Shown here in pieces: positions 8,592 to 17,496 of a DNA stretch of 64,000 nt. A program made the translations under genes and the position numbers. The notes beneath the pieces were generated by a model. That model saw nothing but the letters and a program-made list of their open reading frames with translations, searched no databases and was not told the DNA's origin. Position 1 is the stretch's first letter, and each line of letters opens with the position of its first letter. Source of the stretch: a virus. Its lineage: Duplodnaviria > Caudoviricetes. The stretch lies in IMG/VR virus record IMGVR_UViG_3300045015_000053. One strand, written 5' to 3'.

Positions 8592-10683
8592 TCTGGTCCA
8601 GAAGAAACTTGCTCACCCACCTGCGTGGCTTAGTTCCAATACCCATTATCTAACGATGATGGGTTCGGTGGCCTACGGGGTGAGCAGCGACACGTCCGAC
8701 ATGGACCTGTACGGCTTTTGTCTGCCGCCGAAGGAAATCGTCTTCCCGCACTTGTCGGGGGAGATTTTCGGTTTCGGCACGCAGAAGAAGCGGTTCAACC
8801 AGTGGCAGCAGCACCACATCAAAGACCCGTGTGCGATGCAAGGGAAGGGACGGCAGTATGACCTCACGGTCTACAACGTGGTGGATTACTTCAATCTGTT
8901 GATGCAGAACAACCCCAACATGATTGACAGTATTTTCACGCCCGACAACTGCGTGTTGCACATCACGCGGATCGGCACGATGGTTCGCGAGAAGCGACGG
9001 ATGTTCCTCCACAAGAAGTGTTGGCACACCTTCAAGGGGTACGCCTACGCTCAGATGAAGAAGATCCGCAACAAGGAGCGTGAGTCTTCGTCGCGGCGCG
9101 ACCTGATCGAGAAGTACGGGTACGACTGCTATCTTGATTCCGAAACTGAATTTCTTACTGAAGCCGGCTGGAAGAAGTACGACGATGTGGAGGCCGACGA
9201 TTCTCTGGCAGTGGTAGATCCGTCAACGGGGAAGATCGGATGGGAAAATTACACCGAACGCATCGACAAGCCTTTCTCCGGTCCCATGTACGTCGTAGAA
9301 CCGGCGATGAGCAGGTGTGTGGTTACGCCCAATCACCACATGCTCGTTTCACCCGCACGTCGCTCGGAGGCGACTAACTTTTCATACCGTTATTTCGAGG
9401 ATAAAGCGGACTGGAATTTGGTTCCTTTCTCAACCCTTATGACTGGATCGAGGTCGTGGTTTCACACACGTCGCCGTGTGGAAGGCAACTGCTTCGACTA
9501 TTCCGGTGTCACCGACGAGTATTTGGTTTTGGCCGGTCTGTATATTGCCGAAGGCACCATCAACTTCAGGGATGGCAAGGTCAAGACCGCAAGACTGACC
9601 CAGACGCCGAATGGGAAGCAAGAGTTTTTCGAGATGGCTGATCGTATTGCTAGTGCCTTCGACATGAAGCGATACGACTACGACAAGGAAACAGTCTGGA
9701 CCGTTGAGCGTGCTACCGCCGAAAAACTCTATACGGATTTCGGACATGGTTCTGGTAGCAAGAGGCTCCCTCTGTGGTGTTACAAGTTGTCCGAACGACA
9801 GGCTTCCATTCTTTGGAAGAATGCCTGTCTCGGAGACGGAACTCCTACGCCAAACGGCGAAGTCTACTACACCAGTAACGCTGCACTTGCTGGCGATGTG
9901 CAGGCTATGTTAACATGCGCCGGCGTACTGTGTTCTGTACGCGGGCCTTACAGTTACGAGCGAAACGATGAATGCTTCGGTAACTGTGACATGTATCAGG
10001 TGTATCGGCCTTCGGACCAGTACGCCTACTCCTGCGTAGATTTCAAGAACAGGATTCAGAAATCCGATGATGAGGCGACTGAGGTGACGGGCGATGTTCG
10101 TGTTGATGGCCTCCGTCATTTCACAGAAGATGACGACCCCAAAACAAGCTGGCCCATCAAGGAACGTATTGTTCAAGAAGAACGCATCGTGTGTTTCCAA
10201 GTCCCATCGGGAACTTTGATCACTCGAAGTAAGGGCCGAGTCGCCCTGCATGGCAATACGAAGTTCGCATACCACCTTGTTCGTCTGATGAACGAAGTGG
10301 AACAGATCATGGTCGAACACGACCTCGATCTGATGCGGAACCGCGAACAGTTGAAGCAGATCCGCGCCGGGTGCTGGACCGAGGAGCAACTTGAGGACTA
10401 CTTCGCCAAGAAGGAAGTATCCCTCGAAGAGACGTACAACAAGAGCGATCTCCGTTGGGGACCGGACGAGCCGGCCATCAAGGAACTGCTCCTGAACGTG
10501 CTGGAAGAACACTACGGCAACCTCGACAAGTGCGTCATCCGTCAGGACGCGGTCGTGACTGCCCTCCGCAACGTGATCGGCGCGGCTGATGAAGCCCGCC
10601 GCGTACTGGAGCAGATCACATATGAAGAACCTGCTGAGGCGGGCGGCGAACAGTCTGAACAGGCTGTGGCACCGACTGAGTGA
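8572..10683 (+). CDS. Nucleotidyltransferase (pol-beta superfamily, phage type) containing an intein
   Basis: GSVAYGVSSDTSDMD and NNPNMID motifs; extein junction KYGYD/TKFAYH; RBS GAGGAA before ATG 8572. Confidence 0.85.
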   Translation: MSNIINDLVQKKLAHPPAWLSSNTHYLTMMGSVAYGVSSDTSDMDLYGFCLPPKEIVFPHLSGEIFGFGTQKKRFNQWQQHHIKDPCAMQGKGRQYDLTVYNVVDYFNLLMQNNPNMIDSIFTPDNCVLHITRIGTMVREKRRMFLHKKCWHTFKGYAYAQMKKIRNKERESSSRRDLIEKYGYDCYLDSETEFLTEAGWKKYDDVEADDSLAVVDPSTGKIGWENYTERIDKPFSGPMYVVEPAMSRCVVTPNHHMLVSPARRSEATNFSYRYFEDKADWNLVPFSTLMTGSRSWFHTRRRVEGNCFDYSGVTDEYLVLAGLYIAEGTINFRDGKVKTARLTQTPNGKQEFFEMADRIASAFDMKRYDYDKETVWTVERATAEKLYTDFGHGSGSKRLPLWCYKLSERQASILWKNACLGDGTPTPNGEVYYTSNAALAGDVQAMLTCAGVLCSVRGPYSYERNDECFGNCDMYQVYRPSDQYAYSCVDFKNRIQKSDDEATEVTGDVRVDGLRHFTEDDDPKTSWPIKERIVQEERIVCFQVPSGTLITRSKGRVALHGNTKFAYHLVRLMNEVEQIMVEHDLDLMRNREQLKQIRAGCWTEEQLEDYFAKKEVSLEETYNKSDLRWGPDEPAIKELLLNVLEEHYGNLDKCVIRQDAVVTALRNVIGAADEARRVLEQITYEEPAEAGGEQSEQAVAPTE
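9127..10257 (+). mobile_element. Intein (377 aa) with LAGLIDADG-type endonuclease
   Basis: Starts CYLDSETEFLT, block B VTPNHHM, ends ALHGN before Thr; LAGLYIAEG and CLGDG motifs; lower GC. Confidence 0.9.
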
Positions 10684-10885
10684 TCCGTTTTTGGCGGGCG
10701 AGTATTGGCTCGTTGTCGAATACTCGCCCGCCAAAGATGCCATCTACTACTACACCTACTACGACGAAGCAGAAGCCCGTGAACACGCCGTTCGTTTGGG
10801 CAAGTCAGAATACTTCTGGTACTGGTGGAGCGGGATGTACGGATGGGCTTCGCAGGGTGTTGACATTTACCCGAAACCCAGATGA
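10680..10885 (+). CDS. Hypothetical protein
   Basis: GTG overlaps the upstream TGA. Confidence 0.55.
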
Positions 10886-10894
10886 GGGGTTGCC

Positions 10895-11059
10895 GTGAAC
10901 GACAAATTCGACCCCCGAAAGTACATCGAAGAACTCGCCTATCGTCTTTGGCAAGAGGCGGGCGAGCCTCCGAACAGTGCTTTGCATTTCTGGTTGGAAG
11001 CCGAACGGCAATTCGAGCGAACGACCGGCTCCGGTCGCGGCCCGCAAGGTCGTCAATAA
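10895..11059 (+). CDS. Small DUF2934-like protein (54 aa, not in ORF track)
   Basis: IEELAYRLWQEAGEP..HFWLEAE; RBS GAGGGG before GTG. Confidence 0.7.
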   Translation: MNDKFDPRKYIEELAYRLWQEAGEPPNSALHFWLEAERQFERTTGSGRGPQGRQ

Positions 11060-11111
11060 ACGCAATTCGGATCACTATGATAGGTTTGTCGCCGCCCTTC
11101 ATAGTGAGAAC

Positions 11112-11657
11112 ATGGAAACACCAGAAACATTCGGCCCGCCTATCGTTCCGTCTTCCATAGACGAACCCGAACAACGGCCGTTGGCCGTCGCGCTCGTTTT
11201 TGACATCTCCCGTTCGGCCTACGGCAATCAGCGTGTTGTGGATCTGTTCAAGTCCGCGTTGGTGAAAAAGTTCGCCAACATGGAGTACGACAACGTTCTT
11301 TTGCTCGGCAACGAGCTACACGAAGATCCGGGTCACGCCGTCGCCGCGATCAGGGAGTACAAGAACCCCGTCCGACGTTTTAACCAAATGCTCGGCGAAG
11401 CCGTTCGGTCGCTGATGCACATCGACCGTTTTTACGTTCGCCGTCTGGTGGTCGTGACCGATCAGTTTGCACAGCCCGATTTGACGATTGTCGAGTCGGC
11501 GATCAACAAGAACCAAACGTCAATGTCCGACATTGACTTCTACTGTTTAGCCTTCGGGCCGCAGTACGAGCGTGCGGTCGCCAACTGTAGTTGGGACATT
11601 TTCCGCCACGCCGAACCACAAGACATCGAAGCCGCAGTAAACGAGGTGTGCAGTTGA
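11112..11657 (+). CDS. vWA-like protein
   Basis: VALVFDISRS (MIDAS-like DxSxS), LVVVTD, alpha/beta pattern. Confidence 0.5.
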   Translation: METPETFGPPIVPSSIDEPEQRPLAVALVFDISRSAYGNQRVVDLFKSALVKKFANMEYDNVLLLGNELHEDPGHAVAAIREYKNPVRRFNQMLGEAVRSLMHIDRFYVRRLVVVTDQFAQPDLTIVESAINKNQTSMSDIDFYCLAFGPQYERAVANCSWDIFRHAEPQDIEAAVNEVCS

Positions 11658-12472
11658 ACACAACACAAAGAGTACGAATCAAGAAAGAGAATGTTGAAGT
11701 CGATGGTTTCGTGGGGCTGGAGTCCACGATCAAGCACCCCGTTTTCGGTCGCAGTCCTGTTGACATCATCGTCCCGTTCCACGGGCAATACAAGCGACTC
11801 ATTACCTTGATCGAGAGCGTTTTGAGGGTGCGGAGCAACCCGTATTTGCTCACTCTGGTGGATGACGGTTCGCCCAATCCGGGCTTCCTCAAACAACTGG
11901 AGAAAGTCCCCCAACTCAACCGGATCAGGTTGGATGAACAAGTCGGTTTCGGCGCGGCTCTACAGGCCGGCTTTCAAGCGACCAAGCAACCGTTCGTCAT
12001 GTTCATGCACAGCGACTGCGAAGCCCTCGACCCTTCTTGGATGTTGAGCCTCGGTCAAACCCTGATCGAACTAGAAGAAAAAGGCGTCGGGATGGTTTCG
12101 GCACGCTCGGACAATCCGTTTTGTGATGACACGCGGTTTGAAGGGAAGCTGAATTCTACCTCCGAACACGTCATTCTTGAATCGGGCGAATCCATGCCGC
12201 TCTACTGCGCCATGTGCCGACGCGGACTGTTCAACAAGATCGGAGGGTTCATCAAGAGCTATCCGTTCGCAATGTACGAGGACCAAGAGTTGTCGTACCG
12301 AATGGGCGTCCACGGCGTCAAGCAGGCGATCAGCGGGACCAGTTGGATCAAACACCACGCCAATGCCACTATTAGTGAAGTTTCGCGATCTAACCCGTTG
12401 GCTCTGGGGCAGATGGAGAAGAACTACGACCGCTGTGTCGCGGACATGAAGGCTTGTTTGCCCAAAAAGTGA
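11654..12472 (+). CDS. Glycosyltransferase family 2
   Basis: VDIIVP, LVDDGS, GFGAA, MHSD and ED motifs. Confidence 0.85.
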   Translation: MNTTQRVRIKKENVEVDGFVGLESTIKHPVFGRSPVDIIVPFHGQYKRLITLIESVLRVRSNPYLLTLVDDGSPNPGFLKQLEKVPQLNRIRLDEQVGFGAALQAGFQATKQPFVMFMHSDCEALDPSWMLSLGQTLIELEEKGVGMVSARSDNPFCDDTRFEGKLNSTSEHVILESGESMPLYCAMCRRGLFNKIGGFIKSYPFAMYEDQELSYRMGVHGVKQAISGTSWIKHHANATISEVSRSNPLALGQMEKNYDRCVADMKACLPKK

Positions 12473-12524
12473 TGACGCGGGCTATATACCTGTACGAGCT
12501 AGGCCAGCTTTACAAGGAGAAACC

Positions 12525-12680
12525 ATGCGTTGCAAAAAGCCTGACGGCACTTTCACGAACGCGACTTGGTTGGTGTTTTACCCGACCTGTCCGAGAACCA
12601 ATGTCAACCACCTCTGCAACCAGCTTGCGGGTGCTTACGTTGCGGCTGTCACCGTGTGCGGTCAACGACTGTTCCGTTGA
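12525..12680 (+). CDS. Cys-rich 51-aa peptide in its own transcription unit (not in ORF track)
   Basis: TATATA 12483-12488, RBS AAGGAG, ATG 12525, terminator 12703-12730. Confidence 0.65.
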   Translation: MRCKKPDGTFTNATWLVFYPTCPRTNVNHLCNQLAGAYVAAVTVCGQRLFR

Positions 12681-12702
12681 TCTGCGATCTGGAAACAAGA
12701 AG

Positions 12703-12730
12703 ACCCCGGCTACCGGAAGCCGGGGTTTTT
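12703..12730 (+). terminator. Intrinsic terminator
   Basis: ACCCCGGCT/AGCCGGGGT followed by a T run. Confidence 0.75.
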
Positions 12731-12815
12731 CGTTTTCCGTCGTGACAAACAGCGAATTTCGGTCTAGAGTGTCCGTCGTGACTATCTCGCCGTCAAACCG
12801 CGTCCGGGGTTCGTT

Positions 12816-13043
12816 GTGCTGCCAAACAATCTGCTCGACCAAGTGAGGAAGACACTTGGCGAAAATTCCCACACCCAGAAACTAAGGATCACCGCCGACG
12901 ACGAAGACGGAGTTCTCGTGTTACGCGGATCGGTTTCTAGTTATTACCTGAAGCAGATGTCACAAGAATCAATTCGGGGTTTGCTGGACGATTATGATCC
13001 GCGCCCCGTTCTCCGCAACCTCATTGAAGTAAACGGGAATTGA
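12816..13043 (+). CDS. BON-domain-like small protein
   Basis: LVLRGSVSSYYLKQMSQE..LRNLIEV. Confidence 0.65.
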   Translation: MLPNNLLDQVRKTLGENSHTQKLRITADDEDGVLVLRGSVSSYYLKQMSQESIRGLLDDYDPRPVLRNLIEVNGN

Positions 13044-13053
13044 CATGTCAATT
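13038..13053. promoter_or_regulatory. 16-bp perfect palindrome, possible operator
   Basis: AATTGACATGTCAATT. Confidence 0.4.
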
Positions 13054-13132
13054 GACTTCGTTTATCCGCCTCGAAATTCGCCTTCCATTTCATAGATACC
13101 TTCGACAATAGGGTCTATGAAATGGAGGAAGT

Positions 13133-13579
13133 GTGTCTTACTTCAAAGAACGACGTGATCGTCTTTACAGTGCTGGTTTGTGTGTCAATTGTGGAGTTTC
13201 GCCACACACTGCCACGGCAAAGATGTGCGATGAGTGCGGGATCAAAGCAAGGGCTGCTTCCAATGCGTGGCGTGTGGCCCACCCAGATAAGTGGAAAAAG
13301 CTGAAGAACAACAACGCCAAAAAACGGCGAAACGAAACAAGGTTGGAACTGCTTAAAAAGCTCGGTGGCAAATGTGTCTGTTGTGGCGAGGAAAGAGAGC
13401 AGTTTTTGCAGATAGACCATGTCAACCGGGACGGTAGTCGGCATCGAAAGGAATGTCATAACCGTGTTGTCTTGGACTTGCTGAAGAATCCAGACAAATA
13501 CCAAACAAGGGTGTTGTGTGCAAATTGTCACTTTGCCATAACCGTATATGGAGCCTGCCCTCATGAGTCTTCTGAATGA
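13133..13579 (+). mobile_element. Second free-standing HNH-type endonuclease gene
   Basis: AT-rich; CVCCGE..LQIDHVNRDG..VLCANCH; related to 7881-8591. Confidence 0.7.
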
Positions 13580-14177
13580 GTATGTCTTCCCGCCTCGTCC
13601 GGGCGGCAGTATTACGGCCGGCGACCTGTCATATTACGAAAAGACTGGTCAGTGGCTGGTACAGCCGAAGTTCAACGACACCCGCCTGCTCACGCACATT
13701 CGGCCCGATGGAACCGTGGTTTTCTGGACCCGGCACCGCACTCGGCCCACCAAATTTGACGCCGCTGGCTTCAGCATCGAAGTCCTGAAGCACCTCAATC
13801 TCGCGCCGGGCCAGGAATACTGGCTCGACGGCGGCGTGATGAATCGCGAGAAAGACGCGGGTGGCGAATTGGTCTTTTTCGACGTTCTGTGCGTCGGGAA
13901 GTACCTGTTTCTGAAGGGCCAAGAGGACCGACTTGCTGCCCTGAGTACAATTTGTCACAACCCGGAGACGTTCAACGAACAGGGAACGGCTCTGAAGATC
14001 GGCGGGCGACTGTACATGGCCCCGATTTTCCGTAAAAACTTCTCCGAACGTCTCAAGTCGCTCTTGACAGTCAGCTACATTGAGGGCTTAATGCTCAGAA
14101 GATGTAGCTCGCAGCTTGACAACTACGGTGTCAAGCAATACGAGGCTTCTTGGATGAAGCGTTGTCGAGTGAAATAG
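13563..14177 (+). CDS. ATP-dependent ligase-like nucleotidyltransferase domain (no OB domain)
   Basis: QPKFNDTR (motif I), LDGG, FFD, EGLML, WMKR. Confidence 0.7.
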   Translation: MSLLNEYVFPPRPGGSITAGDLSYYEKTGQWLVQPKFNDTRLLTHIRPDGTVVFWTRHRTRPTKFDAAGFSIEVLKHLNLAPGQEYWLDGGVMNREKDAGGELVFFDVLCVGKYLFLKGQEDRLAALSTICHNPETFNEQGTALKIGGRLYMAPIFRKNFSERLKSLLTVSYIEGLMLRRCSSQLDNYGVKQYEASWMKRCRVK

Positions 14178-14262
14178 TCTGCAATCCATCGGCTACGGCT
14201 GATGTTCAGGCAGAAGCGTTGCCGGATCAAGTAATTCTCACCACGCTCACGAGGAACGTACC

Positions 14263-15480
14263 ATGTCCGCGAAACTGGCCGAAGGCATCAAGCACGTCTA
14301 CGGGACGCTCTACGAGATCCCCCACGACATCATCATCATCCCGAAGAAGGGTGAAGAGGGCGCGAACATCCGCTACCTCTCCGGGGACGACAACAGCCTC
14401 GGCGTGGGTTTCGAGAAGCCCGCGATGGACCGGCTCTACGAGTCGATCAAGAGCAGCGGCCTCCACAACCCGCTCATCTGTCGGTGGATCACGGAGGGCG
14501 ACGAGAAGACCGTCAAACTGGTTGACGGGGAACGTCGCTGGCGGAACGTCGAACGCCTTCTGGTTAAGGACGAGAAGGTCTACGACCCGGCCACCAAGAA
14601 GATGGTCCCGGCGAGTGAACTCTACGGCAAGTTGTTGGTCCGCGTCTACGACGCCGCCGACGACAAGGAAGCCATCCGCCTGTCCTACCAAGAGAACCAC
14701 AGCCGCGTGGCTTTCAACGACAAGGTGGACATCTCGCTGGTCAAGCAACTCCGCGACAAGGGTTTCAAGGACGAGGAGATCCTCGACATCACCGGCCAGA
14801 AGTCGGACTGGCTGCGTGACACGGACAAGCTGATCGCCGCGTTGGAACAAGACCCCGACACGCTGGACGCCCTGTCCCACGGTGTCATCCGCCGTGACGC
14901 GGCCCTGATCTTCATCGGGATCGAGGGCAAGGAAGAACGCAAGGACGCCATCAAGATCGCCACCGACTACGCCGACAAGCAGTACAAGGCGAAGATGGAG
15001 AAGCTCGACAAGTCCATCCGCCGCGCCCGGCTACAGAAGGACGAAGCGGCTACCGCCGAGGCAATCGCGGGTGCGAAGGGTGACGACACGGCCAAGAGTG
15101 CGGCGAAGGACAAGAAGGACGCGGCGGCACAGCGGATCGATGACAAGACCCGCGAGAAGACGGAAACCAAACCCGAAGTCGGTAAGCGTGGCGCGAAGAA
15201 GGCCGCGAAGAAGAAGTCCGGTGGCGCTCGGCCGAACGACGGGCCGAGGGCGATGAGCAACAAGAAGATCACGAAAGAGTTCATCGAACCCTACGACAAG
15301 CTGATCAAGGCTCGCGGCGTGCCGGAAGGCGAAACCGACATGGCGTGCCACCCAGACGTTCTCAAGGCGTTCCGCGACGTGGCGAAGGCCATCGCGACCA
15401 GCGACGAGGGTCAGGCACTGCGGGTGGCGAAGAAGTGGTACAAGCACTTCGTGCTGTACGGCTTCAAGGGCAGCAAGTAA
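14263..15480 (+). CDS. ParB/Srx-domain protein with Lys/Ala-rich C-terminus
   Basis: GLHNPLICR..LVDGERRWR..EN. Confidence 0.75.
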   Translation: MSAKLAEGIKHVYGTLYEIPHDIIIIPKKGEEGANIRYLSGDDNSLGVGFEKPAMDRLYESIKSSGLHNPLICRWITEGDEKTVKLVDGERRWRNVERLLVKDEKVYDPATKKMVPASELYGKLLVRVYDAADDKEAIRLSYQENHSRVAFNDKVDISLVKQLRDKGFKDEEILDITGQKSDWLRDTDKLIAALEQDPDTLDALSHGVIRRDAALIFIGIEGKEERKDAIKIATDYADKQYKAKMEKLDKSIRRARLQKDEAATAEAIAGAKGDDTAKSAAKDKKDAAAQRIDDKTREKTETKPEVGKRGAKKAAKKKSGGARPNDGPRAMSNKKITKEFIEPYDKLIKARGVPEGETDMACHPDVLKAFRDVAKAIATSDEGQALRVAKKWYKHFVLYGFKGSK

Positions 15481-15485
15481 ACAAA

Positions 15486-15520
15486 ACGGGAACACCCGGC
15501 AAAACGCCGGGTGTTCCCGT
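15486..15520. terminator. 15-bp inverted repeat followed by a TACATA box
   Basis: ACGGGAACACCCGGC-AAAAC-GCCGGGTGTTCCCGT. Confidence 0.6.
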
Positions 15521-15534
15521 CTACATAATGACTG

Positions 15535-15864
15535 ATGATGTACCTTTGCCCCTTCTGTGGCAACCAACTCGACCGCGAGCTTCGTGACGGCATCGCGGAC
15601 TGTTACCACTGTCATCGAGTCTTCGACTCCTGCAAGTACAACCAACTCTCTTCTGCCGCCTGGGTCTTGCAGAAAAACCCACACGTCGATCTCGACCGCT
15701 TCATCTACATGACCAAGTTGTCGCGTGAAGACGCCATCTTCGTGTACGCCTTCATGGTCGATAACTGTTACTCTCACGAAGAGTTTCAGAAGTACCTGCG
15801 GACTTTGGGACTGGCTAAAAAGATCGCTTGCGAACTTGAAGGGTCCGCGATACCATCTACTTGA
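15535..15864 (+). CDS. Zn-ribbon protein
   Basis: CPFC..CYHC. Confidence 0.7.
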   Translation: MMYLCPFCGNQLDRELRDGIADCYHCHRVFDSCKYNQLSSAAWVLQKNPHVDLDRFIYMTKLSREDAIFVYAFMVDNCYSHEEFQKYLRTLGLAKKIACELEGSAIPST

Positions 15865-15921
15865 CGACCGATGACTGGTCGATTGACTTCCACATGACGT
15901 GTACTCCTTCCGAGGGCCGTC

Positions 15922-16425
15922 ATGAAGATCCAAGTTCTGGTCGGGATGATCGCGTCCGGCAAATCGACCTACGCGAAGAATGCGGCGCGGTCGGGCCTTC
16001 TGTGCGTCAACGACGACGCCATAGTCAACATGCTGCACGGCGACGACTACTCGCTCTATAGCACCGCTCTCAAGCCACTCTACAAGACACTCGAAAACAC
16101 CGCGATCTCCACCGTACTTGCGATGGGGAAAACAGTCGTCGTTGACCGTGGGCTGAACGTGAGCTTGGAAGGGCGTCAGCGGTGGCTGGCTCTCGCCAAG
16201 AGTTTCGATGTTCCGTGCGAGGCGGTCGTCTTCGACCACGACGGCGTCACGACACACGCCGAACGTCGCGCCAAGTCCGACTCTCGCGGTCACGACATCG
16301 AATACTGGAAGCGTGTCGCTTTCATCCACAATTCCGTCTACAAAATGCCCACCGTCGAAGAGGGGTTCGATAAAATCCATCGGATCTCTTTCGATGAAAT
16401 CACAGCCGGGAAGGTAATCCAATGA
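15922..16425 (+). CDS. P-loop kinase (polynucleotide-kinase-like)
   Basis: GMIASGKST, VVVD, R..R lid. Confidence 0.75.
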   Translation: MKIQVLVGMIASGKSTYAKNAARSGLLCVNDDAIVNMLHGDDYSLYSTALKPLYKTLENTAISTVLAMGKTVVVDRGLNVSLEGRQRWLALAKSFDVPCEAVVFDHDGVTTHAERRAKSDSRGHDIEYWKRVAFIHNSVYKMPTVEEGFDKIHRISFDEITAGKVIQ

Positions 16426-17279
16426 CCGCACGCTCACTGTCGGGTCGGCCAGTCGCGGACTCCATCGAAGCAGAAATCGCCGTAGAAACGCGGCGATTTC
16501 TGCTTGAAGAGGGTCGCAAACCTTATCTCGCAGTCGTAGTCGTTGGGAACGACCCGGCCAGTCAGATCTACGTCAACAAAAAACGAGAAGCCTGCGAGCG
16601 GGTCGGCGTCCACTGTTGTATTCACCACTTGCAGACGACGGCAGACTTGATTGCCAAACTCGACAGTCTTTCGGAAAACGACGGGTGCGACGGGATCATT
16701 CTGCAACTCCCGCTGCCCGGCGGCGAAAGCCCGGCACCGTACTTCAATCACATCGTCTCTTCCAAAGACGTTGACGTTTTCTCCCCGACGAGCGTCGGCC
16801 TGTTGGACCAGGGCAGGTTCGACTGGGAGCCGTGTACCCCTTCGGCCGTGATGCGGATTCTCAAACACTACGAAATCCCTACGGCCGGCAAGGAAATGGT
16901 GATTTTGAATCGCAGTTGGGTGGTGGGTCGCCCGCTGATGGGGATGGCGGTACACAAAGGGGTGGACGCGACGGTCACGGTGTGTCATGATATGACTCCC
17001 GCCGCGAGTACGGCGCGGCACTGTCGCGAGGCCGACATCATCGTCGTGGCGGTCGGTAAACCGGGGTTTCTGACTTCTGACATGGTGCGACCGGGTCAGA
17101 CGGTGATCGATGTCGGGATCAATCGCATCGACGGCAAGGTGGTCGGAGACGCCGCCGCATCGGTGGCCGAGGTAGTTGAAAACTTGACCCCCGTTCCCGG
17201 TGGCGTCGGGCCGGTCACGGTCGCGTGTCTGATCGAGAATGTCGTTCACGCCGCTTCTATTCGTTCCAAACGTAGTTGA
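16422..17279 (+). CDS. folD: Methylenetetrahydrofolate dehydrogenase/cyclohydrolase
   Basis: VGNDPASQIYV, QLPLP, PCTP, DVGINR, TPVPGGVGP. Confidence 0.93.
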   Translation: MTARSLSGRPVADSIEAEIAVETRRFLLEEGRKPYLAVVVVGNDPASQIYVNKKREACERVGVHCCIHHLQTTADLIAKLDSLSENDGCDGIILQLPLPGGESPAPYFNHIVSSKDVDVFSPTSVGLLDQGRFDWEPCTPSAVMRILKHYEIPTAGKEMVILNRSWVVGRPLMGMAVHKGVDATVTVCHDMTPAASTARHCREADIIVVAVGKPGFLTSDMVRPGQTVIDVGINRIDGKVVGDAAASVAEVVENLTPVPGGVGPVTVACLIENVVHAASIRSKRS

Positions 17280-17282
17280 ATT

Positions 17283-17492
17283 ATGCCGGACACATTCACA
17301 GATTGCAGAACGACCGAGGGCGTGACTGTTGGTTTGGTTGACGCTTTGATTTCGATTGCAAGAGTCCTAGCAAGCAGACATTTGACTTCACCCGAAGTAA
17401 CCGAAGCTTTGTGTGATTTGGCCGACGACGAGGACGTTCAACGTTTGTTTACCAAAGCTTCTGAAGTTGCTTCTATCCGCAACCGGAGGTAA
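17283..17492 (+). CDS. Small hypothetical protein
   Basis: Fills the gap between folD and prs. Confidence 0.5.
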   Translation: MPDTFTDCRTTEGVTVGLVDALISIARVLASRHLTSPEVTEALCDLADDEDVQRLFTKASEVASIRNRR

Positions 17493-17496
17493 TGCC

